A DNA stretch of 64,000 nucleotides from Chrysomallon squamiferum (GCA_012295275.1 CM022675.1:13206001-13270000); one strand, 5' to 3'. Shown: positions 15,244 through 51,900, numbered from the stretch's first letter. The notes: a model not told the origin generated them from the sequence alone. Numbers and translations: made by a program.

Positions 15244-16138
15244 TCTGTTTTTGTTACTAGAAAGAAATATATGTTATTTTTTTGGTTTCTTTCTTTTGTT
15301 AGGTCATGAATATTTATTAGGTATCATAATTGGTAGCTTTATCACGTTTCCAATTTATTAGCTTCTGTTTTTTTTTTCTTTTATTTTAATTTTTATTTGC
15401 ATTTTGTTTTATTTTATTATTCTGTTTCAGTTCTTAACGTGCACTATTTAGTGTTCTATATTTTCTGTATTGTTTGTTTATATGTATTTATTTATTTATT
15501 TTTATTTTTATTTTATTTTATTTAATTTTTTTATTTACTAATAATATCTATATATTATTTTTTGGGGGATACTTTCGAATGAAATCGGGATTTTTTCATT
15601 ATTCTTTTATCTTTTATAGAACAAATTCTTGTAGTAGCAGTAGTTGAAGTAGTGGTAGTAGTAGCAACAACAAGAACAAACAATAACAGTAATAATAACA
15701 ACAACAAGAAGATATAACAAACTAAATATATGACAGTATATAACACAGCAAACAAATATCAGTGCATACCAAATTAAATATAAAACAAACCTTATACAAT
15801 ACAATACCTCACTACGCATAGGAAAGTAAGATGTTTGACAAAATATAACTAAAATTATGACGCAAAATATATCCAAGGTCGCTAACAGTTTGACAACAGC
15901 CATTAACTTCTGAGTCTTTTTCTTCTTGTTCTTCTTCATCAATGACGCTTCCGCAGATTACGTTTAACTCTGCAGAGAATACGACGTGCAAGATAAAATC
16001 ACTTGTCGAAGATGTGCGAGCAATTATCTCAGTTTTCAGTCGATTCCCCTGTGAGTTACATAAGACCTGAAGTTTAATAAGAAAAGTGAGTTAACAGTCA
16101 GTGTCACCTTGTTCTCATTTGTCTTGCCTCTCTCTCTG

Positions 16139-16228
<90 letters not shown>

Positions 16229-16278
16229 ATTCCAAATGCAGATGGAAACGAGTGTATTTTGAGTTTCGTTTCATTTAA

Positions 16279-16381
<103 letters not shown>

Positions 16382-16944
16382 TCCTCATCAGGGGAACAAA
16401 TAATTAATGACGTAATTTACGAATAAATATAAATATTTTTTTATTTCGGTTATATAAAATATATGATATATGTTATAAAATGTACAAAAAGTAAAATACC
16501 AATACAAAAAGGTCCATGCACATATTGCATAATTGAATCCTATTAAAAATAAAACAATAGTGAAAACAAAGCACTCATGAAACAACAACAACAACAACAA
16601 AAAAAAAAAAAAAAAATAATAATAATAATAATAATAATTACTATTATTATTGTTATTGATGGCATTATGAATATTATTACTGTTTTGTTTTCCGTTGTTA
16701 CTGTTAATATTATTATTATTATTTGAGAAAGCGAGAAAAATAATAATTCAGCAAAAAGAAAGAAAGAAAAGCTTCAACTTGGACATTTTAACTGTGCACA
16801 AGATAAAAAGACACTAATTGTTTTAAATATAGATGTGTTTTCTTTCTTCTTCTTCTTCATCATCTTCTTCTTATTTACAAATTACAGTGTTTTGTCGAAG
16901 GAAAATGCTTTATACACGCGAAGGAAATGTCAGGCAAAGTTCAG

Positions 16945-25922
<8,978 letters not shown>

Positions 25923-25981
25923 GACGACGTTGGAGACAGCCTAAAAGAAAAACATAATAACAGTTCTTTATTTAAAGTTAT

Positions 25982-26063
<82 letters not shown>

Positions 26064-26662
26064 TAATACTTCAAAGAACATTTGGAATGTAAAGATAAAA
26101 ATAACACGATCGAATTTGTTTACTTTAGGAGAATGATGCTTTTATAACAGTGAACATTTTGCTCCACATTGTATCTCTATTTTTTGTTTCTTTTTTCTTT
26201 TCTATTTTATTATATTATTATTAATATTTTTTGGTTTTTTATTATTATTCTTTTTTTTTAAAATAAAGTTAAATAGTTACCAATTTATATTTTCTTTAGT
26301 CTGTTTCCACTAAATAAATTTGAGGGCCATAGGTATTTTATAGACACATATATATAAAAAAAAAAAAACTACGTTACAATCGTATTCGTGTGTTTCTAAA
26401 TAAACTTGAAAATAAAGGATAAACTTCGTGAGCAAAACACCTGTCGCTTCTGAGTCTACACGAATTCGTTCTTTACACGTCTGCTTCTAAACACAATGAT
26501 TGGAAATATACCGGCTCAAAATAAATATATCACTACTACACTATCAAATGTTTCTAACAAATTATATAAAATGGCTGGTTTCAAATGATGAAAAACGCCC
26601 TTTAGGTTTGGCATCCGTCTGCTTCGGAATAAATAAAAAGTTTTAAAAAATAACTTTCCTAC

Positions 26663-26745
26663 CTTTTTCTGCACGATTCCAGCCGAACGTTTCTCTCAAT
26701 GCGTAACTGGTGAATGTACGTAAAGCCGGAGAATGAATACTGTAT
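26663..26745 (-). other. Probable non-coding first exon (5' UTR) of the NRF-6-like gene
   Basis: Donor AAG|GTAGGA at 26662 lies upstream of the acceptor at 25941; the 5' boundary is approximate. Confidence 0.4.
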
Positions 26746-27068
26746 TTATCGGACAGGATTACACAAAGTGTTGCAACAACGTGATAAACGCCAGTGTTTG
26801 TGTAAACACTCTAATCGGTGAATATAAGTGTTCACAGATAAACGATTTATTTTTATTTATATATTTATATATTTTTTTTACTGACATGTCAAACATGCTG
26901 TAGATGTTTTCGTAGCGAGGTAAAATGAAACCTGCGTCAGTATGCAGGACATAGTCGTCCGAGAGGACATAGTCGTCTGTGTGAATGTCCGAGAGAGATG
27001 AGAGGGGAAACGAGAACGTGCGTGTCACTTAGAGATAGAAGCAGCTATGAACTGTAGCGTGTCAGTGT

Positions 27069-27186
<118 letters not shown>

Positions 27187-27191
27187 AGGAG

Positions 27192-27261
<70 letters not shown>

Positions 27262-27278
27262 ACAGAGAGAGAGAGAGA

Positions 27279-27320
<42 letters not shown>

Positions 27321-27689
27321 GAGAGAGGGAAGGAGGGAGAACAGAGAGAGAGAGAGGGAAGGAGGGAGAACAGGAGAAGAAGGAGAGAGAGGGAAGGAGG
27401 GAGAACAGAGAGAGAGAGAGAGAGACGAAGAGAGAAACGATAGATAAAATGGTGGGGGGAGAGAAAGGAGGTCAAGGAGAGACAGACAGAGAGATACGCG
27501 TCTTCTGTTTAAAGTACACAAACGTCTGTATGCGAGTTTGTCTGTCTGTGATGTTTATTTTATTAAGTGAAATGTCAGCAGTGTCAACATTACATCCTGA
27601 CTGAGTCGGTTTTTTCACTTTATCAATGTTTTATCTGTTAAATGTACAGTAACTGATTTCATTACGTGACGTTTGTGGTATTTATCAGC

Positions 27690-27839
27690 ATTATCATTAT
27701 CATCGATATAATCATTATTATCATCATCGATATAATCATTATTATCATCATCGATATAATCATTATCATCATCGATATAATCATTATCATCATCATCGAT
27801 ATAATCATTATTATCATCATCGATATAATCATTATCATC

Positions 27840-27840
<1 letters not shown>
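27690..27840. repeat. 24-27 bp tandem repeat (ATCGATATAATCATTATTATCATC)
   Basis: About 5-6 copies. Confidence 0.8.
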
Positions 27841-27912
<72 letters not shown>

Positions 27913-28061
27913 AATAATTTATTAATTAATATACTTTTATGTTAAAATATACAACTATACGACTAATGCCTCTATAAGTAGTTTATTTTTTCCTGTTCAT
28001 GAGAAGCTACATACGAAGTCTCCCTTGCTGCTAATAATAATTCCTATAACAATATCAATAA

Positions 28062-28092
<31 letters not shown>

Positions 28093-28856
28093 ATTTTAGT
28101 TTGTTTGTTTGTTTTTTTTTTTTTTAATTTCTGTTTATTGTAAGTCTGCATGAATATATTATCAAATTTCCTGAAATATATATTTATTTATTTTTCTTCG
28201 TTATTTTGTTTTTATTTTTTCTTAAATGATTTTAAATTATTTTAAATGAATTTTCTCAAATCCCAAGTTTTTTTTTCAGTTTTCCTCAGTTAACCAGTGT
28301 TCAACTAAGTATTTATTTGTAACCATAGAAACAGTGGAGGTGAGTGTTGTGTCAGTATGAATTGAATAATGTAATGAATATGAATAGTATATGATTCTGT
28401 ATTCCAGAAATTCTCATTTGTTGTGGTTGGTCAGAAATTTGCACTAAGCAAATCAGAACACTTAAGAAAAAGGAAAAGTATTATAATAATAATAATAATA
28501 ATAATAATAGTAATGATACAAATAAAAACAACAATAATAATAATAATCATAAATTAAATAAAATAATAAAATTTAAATAATAATAAAACAAATAATAACA
28601 ATAATAATAATAATAATAATAAAAGAAAGAAACATTACAACATTAACCAAAAAACATTAAGACAAAAAGACATTATTCATTGAATATTTCACTTCATTTT
28701 ATTATAAAACAAATGTCCTACATTACAAAAACAATCATACATCCATGCTCATTTCTTTTCTCTTTCCAGCTTTTCTTTCAAAAAGATTTTAAAAAAACAA
28801 ATAAAAAGGTATTTATTTATTTATGGGGTTTCTTCAAGCACTATTTAATAGAGACA

Positions 28857-31212
<2,356 letters not shown>

Positions 31213-32156
31213 GGTGACCACTTAGTCTGAAATAAATAAATGATATAAAAAAAAAAAAAAAAAATTAAAAATTAAAAACAAATGAAAGGATTTTATCCGT
31301 AATATAAATAATTTTAAATTTATAAGTTTGTGAAATATAATGGAATTTATTTATTTATTTGTTTACTGTTTTGGCATCTGACATCAGAAGTAGGTGAAGA
31401 CCAGGTCTTGTTGAGGATGTGATAAATATTAGATCTCCGACTGAAGTTACTCAAGATCTTAGCAGTTTTTGTTTGTTTATTTTTTGTTATTGTTGTTGTT
31501 TGTGTGGTCGATTTTGTGGGAACTGGATTTTGGGGAAGGGTAGGAAGTGTTTGTTTTTTCACTATGTTTGTTTCAGAAATATAAATGATTTTATTATTAT
31601 TATTTATTTTATTCCCCTTCTTTTTTTTTTTTTTTTTTTTTTGGATGATGGGTTTGTTTTTATTATTTGTTTGTGAAGTAAAATGCATTATAAACACTAG
31701 TTATTTGTTATTCAAAACTTAGCTTTTTCTTTTCAGGTTAAGCAGCATCAATAACAGCAACAACAACAACAAAAATAATAATAAATTAATAAAATAAGAA
31801 AGTAAATATATAAATAAATAAACAAACATGTTTTTCTTTTTCTTTTTTTTCTTAAATAGAAATAAAGTATGAATATTAAGATAAAAAACAAACAAAATAA
31901 AATAAAATAAAATATAATAAAATGTTAAAATTAAAAAATAAAATACTTAAGCTAGAATAACTTTATTGATACATCGAAGCATCAATTCCCATCATCAACT
32001 TTGACACATTTCCAAACCTTATTTATAAAAGGTTGTTTTATTTATTTTCATGTCTATGGGATGGTACAGAGAAAAAATCCTTGCTGCTATGGACAGTATT
32101 TTTCCTTTCTCACAGTCTCATTATAAATGTGTGTGAAAGATAGCTAAGTACAGTGT

Positions 32157-32278
<122 letters not shown>

Positions 32279-32533
32279 TACTGTTTTTAGCTGTCATTCA
32301 TAAACTTTCTTTTATATATGATAACTGTTGTTAAACGACATAATATTTATTTCAGAGTAAATAAGAAAAAAGAGAAATAACCACATTAGCATTTCACATG
32401 CATCTTGTGTAATATTTATTTGTTCCTTCCACAAGACTTTTGTTGATATTATCATTAATAATTAAGCGAATATGAACTTACATTAATTAAACCCTCTTAA
32501 TATTATTAACATTATTACTATTTGCCTTATAAC

Positions 32534-32593
<60 letters not shown>

Positions 32594-33382
32594 TTTAGTG
32601 TATTTAATATTTTAGTACTGGTATTAATGGCATTAATGACATTAATACTCGACTGTTAATATATCAAAACAATTATGATTCTATACTGTTATCAAAACAA
32701 TTAAAATCAAAATAGAATAACAACAACAACAACAACAACAACAATAAAAAACTAAAAGGAATTAATATGGTATCTAAAACAAATAGGGCGAGATTAATTT
32801 TGAACATAAAAATTATTTACAATTTAATTTAATCCAATAGAGTAATTGTGACATCAGCATAATAACGACAAAAAGATCATGCTGAAAATACATGTAAAGA
32901 TCATATATATCAGTAATTAACAGCATTATACCACTACAAATGGACCGAAAATGTCAAACATTTTACAGCCTACAGATTATAGATGATATTTATCTTCCCA
33001 GTAAATTGATAACTAAATAATTATCAAACTACTCAAATATTTACAGAAATAAGTTATTCCGGTCAAAATAGACAACCATCGCTTCTATTCTGTGTTATAG
33101 CTGCACCATTATCGAGGCGCTCTATTTTATTATTAACACCGCGTAATCAGAATTTGTAATGCTCTGTGATTCATGTAAGAATTTCGTAACACACAGTACT
33201 AAAATAATGCAGCAAATAATAATAATAATAACAGCAACAACAACAACAAAACTAAATGTACAATTTAAACAATGCGCCAGTAATTTACCTGCTTTATATT
33301 TGATATTTTTTTCTTCTTCTTCTTCTTCTTGTATTTACTTTTACATATTATTAAAAGGTGATACTCTCATATATATATATAT

Positions 33383-33413
<31 letters not shown>

Positions 33414-33941
33414 CACACACACATAAAAAAATTAAAAATATATAATGATAAATGATATTTTACAAATATTTTTAGTGCAATCACCGCCAATGCCCTATAT
33501 TTATTATTATTATTTTTTTTTTTTTATTATTATTATTTTTTTTTATTTATTGTATTATTTGTGTTGCTGTTCTTGTATATTGCAGTTCATCATATACCTA
33601 CATCAGCGCCAACGACAACCGTCAAAAAACCCCACCCTCTAGTATTATTACAGCCACACCGACAACCACATTACCAAGTAAAAAAAAATAATAATAATAG
33701 CATAGCTGGTTAAATAGTTTCAACCAACAAACAACCAGCAAAACTTTGGCGATATGAATGAAAAAAATGATGATAAAGACGTCAGCTATGTTAATTTAAT
33801 GATTATGATAATCAATAAAAACAATAACAGTTTAACGTACTGATTTATTTACAAGTCAGAAAAATATATATATTTACAAATAATCACAAAAAATACGTTG
33901 TGATAACACATTTCCGATAAAACAATCTTTATTATTATTAC

Positions 33942-33976
<35 letters not shown>

Positions 33977-34334
33977 TTGTTGTTGTTATTGTTATTATTG
34001 TTCTTGTTATTATTATTGTTATTATTATAATTATTGTTGTTGTTATTGTTGCTATTGTTATTATTATTATTGTTGTTGTCATTAAGTATAATATTATATA
34101 CATGTAAAGGTTGCCAGATGAGTACTGTAGTAGTAGTAGTGTTGTTGTTGTTGTTATAGAATCTTGCTAAAATCGGGACAGTCAGTAATGAAAAGTATGT
34201 CAAACTGTTGCTTTCTTAGCATCAAATAATACTGTCAAGTACAATATTATCTATATTTAACAGTTGTCAAATGAGTATTGTAGTTGTTGTTGTTTGTTTA
34301 TTTATTTATTTATTTTCCATTTTTCACATATTTT

Positions 34335-44639
<10,305 letters not shown>

Positions 44640-44850
44640 TTTCGCATTTTTCTGTAAGTTTTCAACTGCACATCTTTCACCAATTAAAATAATTCATAAT
44701 CCACAATGCGATTATCCCAGCGTCTGTCTTCTTCGACTAAAAGCCTGTGCTCGACAGCTCAGTGTTTACTTCCTGGTAAAGATGTTATCTACTTGACTTA
44801 TGGTTGGGCACGCGGATTACGTTTCAGCCAATCAGAGACGAGATTACAAA
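44640..44850 (-). promoter_or_regulatory. Probable promoter and 5' UTR of the SKAP-like gene
   Basis: Unique CpG-containing sequence immediately 5' of the ATG, an ETS site CAGGAAGT (about 44768, minus strand) and an NF-Y box AGCCAATCA (about 44826). Confidence 0.5.
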
Positions 44851-45136
44851 AGCGGTTTGTTATAACGAGACCAGTAGGACGAGTTAACGTTTAAGAAAGA
44901 AGAAGTTGGTCGACCGTGACGTTAGCTCATACGAAGGGATAAATATAGCGATCTTCAGAAAGCATGGGGTGAGTCATGAAAACTGGTAAGATAATAAATA
45001 AAGAAATGAATAACGAAGATGACGATGACAGGAAAGTGATTTAAAATATTATTATTACTGGGGTTTTTTTATCATTATTGCCGTTGTTGTTGTTTTGTTG
45101 TTGATTTTGTTGCTATATTATTATTATTATTATTGC

Positions 45137-45188
<52 letters not shown>

Positions 45189-45588
45189 GCTGTTGTTGTG
45201 TATGCTTTTCTTATTATTTATTTATTTATTTATTTATTTATTGTTTTGTTTTTTGTTATTTTTATTACTATTATTTTTTTTTCTTTTTAACTTTTTCTTA
45301 TTTATTAATTTTGTTGTAAACCCTAACTATTATTAGATCAAGAAAACATTTTTAACATTTTGACCAGTCTCTATTGTTCCATTGTAAGAAATACGACAAC
45401 GATGGTGTGATAAAGTTTTATCTTGGTTTTACGAATTATTAGTGCATGCAGAATATCTGTGGATGTTTGTCTTAGGAGCGTATTTCTGTCTTTGTGTTAG
45501 AGACAGACACAGAGAGGATTCGAGAAGAAGACGAAGAAGATTTGTGCGATTTGTATTATTTTTAATTTACTGAATGATTGACTGATTG

Positions 45589-45696
<108 letters not shown>

Positions 45697-45963
45697 CCAG
45701 TTACCACGGCTTTGTACAGTAATACTAAGATGTATAACAAAAGAATGAGGCTGTTAAACTCTGACACGGACATCCGCAATAACGTACAAAAATGTACCGT
45801 GACATTCAGACTGAGTCGACAAATAACCGTGTGAGTCAGTAAGATTAATTTCCTCGTTTCTTTAGTATTATTCAGAATCAGTTTTTATCACAAGTTATCA
45901 TTTGTCGGAAGGAAAACAGTTAGTCACGACATAGTCACGTAATATTTAATATTTATATTGTTT

Positions 45964-46060
<97 letters not shown>

Positions 46061-46184
46061 TATGTGTATACGTGTATGTCTAGGTGAGTATATGTACGTA
46101 TAACTGTGTTAGTGTATATGTATATGTGTGAACTTTTGTGCGTGTGTGTGCGTGTGTGTCTTTGATTGTATTCGTATGTGTGTG

Positions 46185-46222
<38 letters not shown>

Positions 46223-47232
46223 GTGTTTGTGTAAGTGCGCGTGTTTGTGTTTGTTTGGGTATATATGTTATGTGTGTGTGTGAATGTATGTGAATGTGTA
46301 TGTGTGTTCTTGGATGTATGCGTGTGTGTGTGTGCGTGTTTGGGTGTATGCGTGTGTGTGTTTAGGTGTTTGCGTGTGAATGTGTGTTTGGGTGCATTGG
46401 TGTATGTGTGTGTGTTTGGGTGTGTGTGTGTGTGTTTTAGGGTGTGTGTGTGTGTGTTTTTAGGTGTGTGTGTGTATGTGTGTGTGTTTGGGTGTATGTG
46501 TGTGTGTTTTTAGGTGTGTATGTGTGTGTGTGTTTTTAGGTGTGTGTGTGTGTGTGTATGCGTGTGTGTGTTGTTTTTTGTGTGTGTAGTTTACTAAGTT
46601 TTGCAGGTTTTCTGTTTAGGAATAGGAAACATCAAAACGGTAACGAGAATAATACTATTACTACTACTACTGCTACTACTACTACTAATACTAATACTAT
46701 TACCACTACCACCACCACCACTATTACTACTACTACTACCGCTGCTATTACTGCTACCATACTACCTTCACTCCTATTCCTGCTACTGCTACTACAACTA
46801 TTACTACTACTACTATTACTACTGCAACTTTTACCACTGTCACCACTAAACTAATACTAATAACAACAGCAGCACCAACAACAGTTATTTACATCTGAGA
46901 AAGGACTGTTCAGAAATGAATATGCTTTTTTGCTATGATTCTGTTTAAGAGAATTTTTCGATTTGCGTTCAGCGTGTTCAACAGATCACGCTGCGGTTGT
47001 CTCCCTTCCCTAAATCAACTAATTTCTCTCAGAACTGATATTTCAAAGTTTTTCTTGTTTACTTGTTGCTCTCATTGTTGTTTTATCTGCAAGCTTGCAA
47101 TTATTATTATTTTTTTTTTTTTATTTTTTTATTTATTTGTTTGCTTGTTTGTATTTTTTATTTGTTTGTTAATTATTTATTTGTTTATTTATTTTTTATT
47201 TACTTATTTATTTATTTGTTTATTTATTTATT

Positions 47233-47281
<49 letters not shown>

Positions 47282-48070
47282 TCTGGTTTTGCTATTCTTT
47301 GATCTGCGTGCCTTTGTAAAGTTACAATGATGGACACACATAGGGACATACATATAGGTAGACAGTTAAATATGTAAGATGGATACAAAGATGCACAGAC
47401 ATCCAAACACGTAAACAATAAATGTTATAAATAAAACAAAGATAAAAAAAAAAAAAAAAAAAAAAAAATAAAGAAGGTTAAAAAAAAAGAACAGAACAAA
47501 ACACACACGTTAACAAAACTTCTATACATTACATTTATTCCTATGACGAAGATATCACCACATTCGACACTCAAGAATTTCAAACGAGCACAAATCGACC
47601 ATCGGCTCGTGTCAATATTTTTATCTTGTGCGTTTAAACTCTTTATCGATAGTTTCAATAACTCCATTATTTTTCAACTGCAAGCCAGTAATGGCGACCC
47701 TTCGGGCAACAACAGGCCTGAATCGAATCAAGAAGCAAGGCATTGTGGGTAAGCAGGAAATTAACACGTTCTCTTTCACTCCCAGTTTGCTGCTGGGACA
47801 CACCGACAGACCGACAGCCTGCGGCACTAGGGTTCCAGAGATCAGTTCACAGCGGTGTTCCCATCCAGTTTTTTCTTGTTTCAACTACCGCTGTTTCAAG
47901 GACGGTTGCATGAGATTTTCTGTCAAGATTTCTTGCTGTTATTTTTTTTTTTTTAGAATAGCCTAAGACGATTCTACGATATCCTCTGCCTTGATTTTAT
48001 TTTATTAATTATTACTGTTATCGTTGTATTTATTATTATTAAATGCAATATTTTTAATAATTATAATTAT

Positions 48071-48103
<33 letters not shown>

Positions 48104-48747
48104 CATGCGTAAATCTTGGTTTTTATCTTCTATCAAACGAAAAAAAAAATATATATATATATATACAATATTGTTTAAAGATATATAAAAAACAAGATTT
48201 ACAAATTTGCCGTAAAATTATTTCTACAAATACATTTCTGGAACAAGACTTTTCATTGGTTTTTATCAGATAACGTGATACGCTATCCCAAGGCTTAATT
48301 TGGTTTGTCTGAGAATAATAGCATTTTGCTTGGCCGGCATCAACGTTCTAGATTGTTCTAGAGGTTACAAAAATAGGAGAGAAGAAACAAATGAGTGAAT
48401 TGTGTCTGTTTCTGCTTTGTAATTAATAGTGTTGTTGTTGTTATTATTTTTATTATTATATATACATACAGTTAAAGAATCACCAAGATAAACTGCATCT
48501 AGAAAAACCGACTGAACACAGAAAATGTATTAGTGGTTTGATAAAAATATTTCTTACTTTGATCAATAAATTAGTATTAACTTCGTTTTATTTTCGTTTT
48601 GTTTTGTTACAACAACAACAAGAACAACAACAATAGTAGTAGTAGTTGTAGTAGTAGTAGGAGGAGGAGGAGGAGGAGTAGTAGTAGTAGTTGTTGTTGT
48701 TGTCGTTGTAGAAGTAATAATAATAATAATAATTTTTTTAATAATAA

Positions 48748-48782
<35 letters not shown>

Positions 48783-48818
48783 ATAATAATAATAGTAGTA
48801 GTAGTAGTAGTAGTAATG

Positions 48819-48919
<101 letters not shown>

Positions 48920-51900
48920 TCTGCAGATGATATTTCTGTTTAAATCGATGAGACGGATTGTGTTGTATGATGTATTTCAAATCCTGTGAAAGTAATACTG
49001 CTATAGCATGTAATACACCAGATTAGAAAAAAGAGCATAATAAAGATGACGTCGATTCTGTAAGGAATATGCAGCTTACTGGCAGAGATGACATTTCAGA
49101 TGAAATCGAGTTTCAGAAAATCTGACGGCGAATACTGTGATGTAAATTTCATGACGATATCGGCTTTACTATAACGTATATATATATATATATATGGGAT
49201 AAAACAGAGGAAGGGTGTGTAGCTCTTGTCGAGGTATATTACAGACATCAGCAATTTATACCAGCAATCATATATTACTTACTGAAATGATTATTCATAC
49301 TAGTAGCCATCGCGATTATAAATAACATCGACGATGCATCGCCATAATCGTGTAAAATTATAACTGTTGTTGACAGTTGTAACCAATTAATGTCGACAAA
49401 TAATAACGACATTAACTGATTAGTGATAATATCTTTACGAAATTATCCAAAATAGCTAAGCAAAAGAATTACTGATATTGGTCTGTAACTAAAAATAATC
49501 GACATAATCGAATTGACGATAATTATTAATATCGGCTAATAATGATACTTGAACTGGCTGTTATAGGGATCCATAACACTTGCTGACATCGATTATTGAC
49601 AGAAAAATAATACTGACTCAAGCCATCAAGCTATCAAGAATAATTTTTGACATGCACTGTTCATATAATTATCTATTATAGTTACTGACATCGACTATTA
49701 TCGCTAGTAAGCACACTCAATAACTGCTCTGATCGACTATTGATATAACTAACGACATCGTCGACTGTTAGCGATAGTAAATATCCTTTCAATAATTGCT
49801 GAAACTGCTTGTGACCATTCCGTAGGTTTTACTTGACAAGGCCCGGGTCGCGTGGAGCCAGTTTTCTCCGACTAAAACGTATTTAAACGCAGGAATACTT
49901 TGATCAATACGACGCCCGCCTATCGCGACGGAATAGACAGCGTGTGTCTCTCTCTCGCTCGCTCGCTTTGCCGGTTCCTCCGTCAGAGCTGAAATTGGCT
50001 CTTTTTTGAATGAATCTGCGCCGCAATACAGCGCTGCTAGAGAAGGGAGAAGACACAGAGAGAGAGAGAAAGATGAAGAAATATTAGAAATATAATGTAA
50101 AAAAAAAAAAAAAAAAAGACAGCGTAATTGGAGTACAGTGTTGTTATGTGTAACCAATGTCGTTCGCAACGAGCGGAAAATGCGAGGAATGGACGAAGAT
50201 TACCGAGTGAGAGAAAAGCGTTCGATATGTTCCGTAAGTGACCCGTGGAATGAAGGATGCAGACATTTAATATGACTAGAAGAGGCATAAGGATTCAAAC
50301 GCGTGCACAGAAAGCGAAACAAGTAGAATCGAATTTTCGAATAAGGCAGACGAAACAGTCGTAAATAACAGAGGAGGATGAAAATTATCTGAATTCCGGC
50401 GTCACGAGAGACGTGCAAACCAGTCTAACGTCGTGGTGACGAATTTGTGCAATATCAGTTGTATATGTATGGCAGACGTCAGATATATTTTTATATATCT
50501 AACTAAATGTGAAACATAGGGTATATTACTATGTGTTGCAGTGGTAATATATGGGTAAAATTGACTTGAAATTATAATGTGTGACAGACGTTAAAGATAT
50601 ATGTAAAATACGATAGCTGATTTGTATCTGTGTTGCAGACGTCAAAATGAACAAGAAGTAAATTTGAAATATGATTTGACTAATCAGGGTTCAAAACGAT
50701 ATATATATATATAATTGGTATATGTAACAGACGTGAAATAAAATATACGTAACAAACGAGAAATATAAACTGTGTGTGTATAGCAGACGTGAAAAAATAA
50801 TACCTTTCTCACAAATGTGAAATATATGTCTTCTGCAGACGTTCAATAAAAAAATATCATGTATGATGCAAAAACCGAGACGCACCGCTCAGATTGGTAA
50901 CAGATATTACTACGCCAGCAGACGTTTTAATTTCACTTGTGTATTCAAAGAAATAAACACCTAAAAAGTGACGGGGGGAAAAAAAATAAAAAAACAAAAA
51001 AAAAAAAAAAAAATAAAAAACCACTGACTCAGAAAAGAGGGGGCGGAATTACGTCTGCCTTTACGACAGCCAAGTCGTATTCGCCATTGACTACTGACAT
51101 CACCACGATCAACGTGTTCCATCTTCACCAACCTCGCATTTAATAATTGATAAGAAAGACAGTAGAGAGAGAGAAAGAGGGAGATAAAAAATAAAATAAA
51201 AAAAATTACAATTTACAATAAATAAAACCGGCAGCCAAATACGGAAGGAATTATCGTTGAATGCGCACACGCAGCTCTGTCCCGCTGAAACAGCGAGAAA
51301 TGAACAGACCTGAGCCCGTCTGCGTGGAAACTTCATTGATCTCTGCCAGCACAACGTAACACAAGGTGAGTCATTCATAAGCATTCTAGCAGCTCATCAC
51401 TGCACGCGTAGAAAACACAATTACGGCGGGGAAGGGAAAAAATGACAGACTTTAACGCGCAGTTTCACGCCTCGCCGCTGACCACAAACGAGAAATTATT
51501 ATAATCTGAGTTGATTGTGGACATGTCGTTATTAGAAAATGTCATCTCGGACGCGAGGTTTCTAATCTGATTCACGTTCTGGTGCTCCTGTCACTGCTAT
51601 CGCAACTGACTCCATGCTCCTCAGTTCTGTAGACGTCCATGTTCCTGACTTTTATTTCTTTCTCGCTTCTTCAGTCTTTGTCTCTTTTCTTCTGTTCCGC
51701 CTCCGACCCGTTCTGTCATTCTCTCTCTCCAGTTCTCTGTACGTCACTTTCTCTTTTATAAGTCCCCCTCCATCTACAGCTTTCTGTATCTGTTTATAAA
51801 TATCTATCTATCTATCTATCTCTCTGTCAAGCTATCTGTCTATCTTTCTGTATGTGTGTATGGTCTGTCTATCTAATATCTATCTATCTATCTCTCTGTC

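Noticed and set aside
26083-26095. TGGAATGTAAAGA, a 13-nt match to miR-1
   Set aside because: The match ends at nt 13 and the flanks do not fold into a precursor
47825-47836. AACCCTA (minus strand) as a telomerase RNA template
   Set aside because: Only 7 nt, with no pseudoknot or H/ACA domain discernible
50465-50930. CRISPR-like array interpretation
   Set aside because: The repeat core is only 7 bp, spacing is irregular, the context is eukaryotic and there are no cas genes
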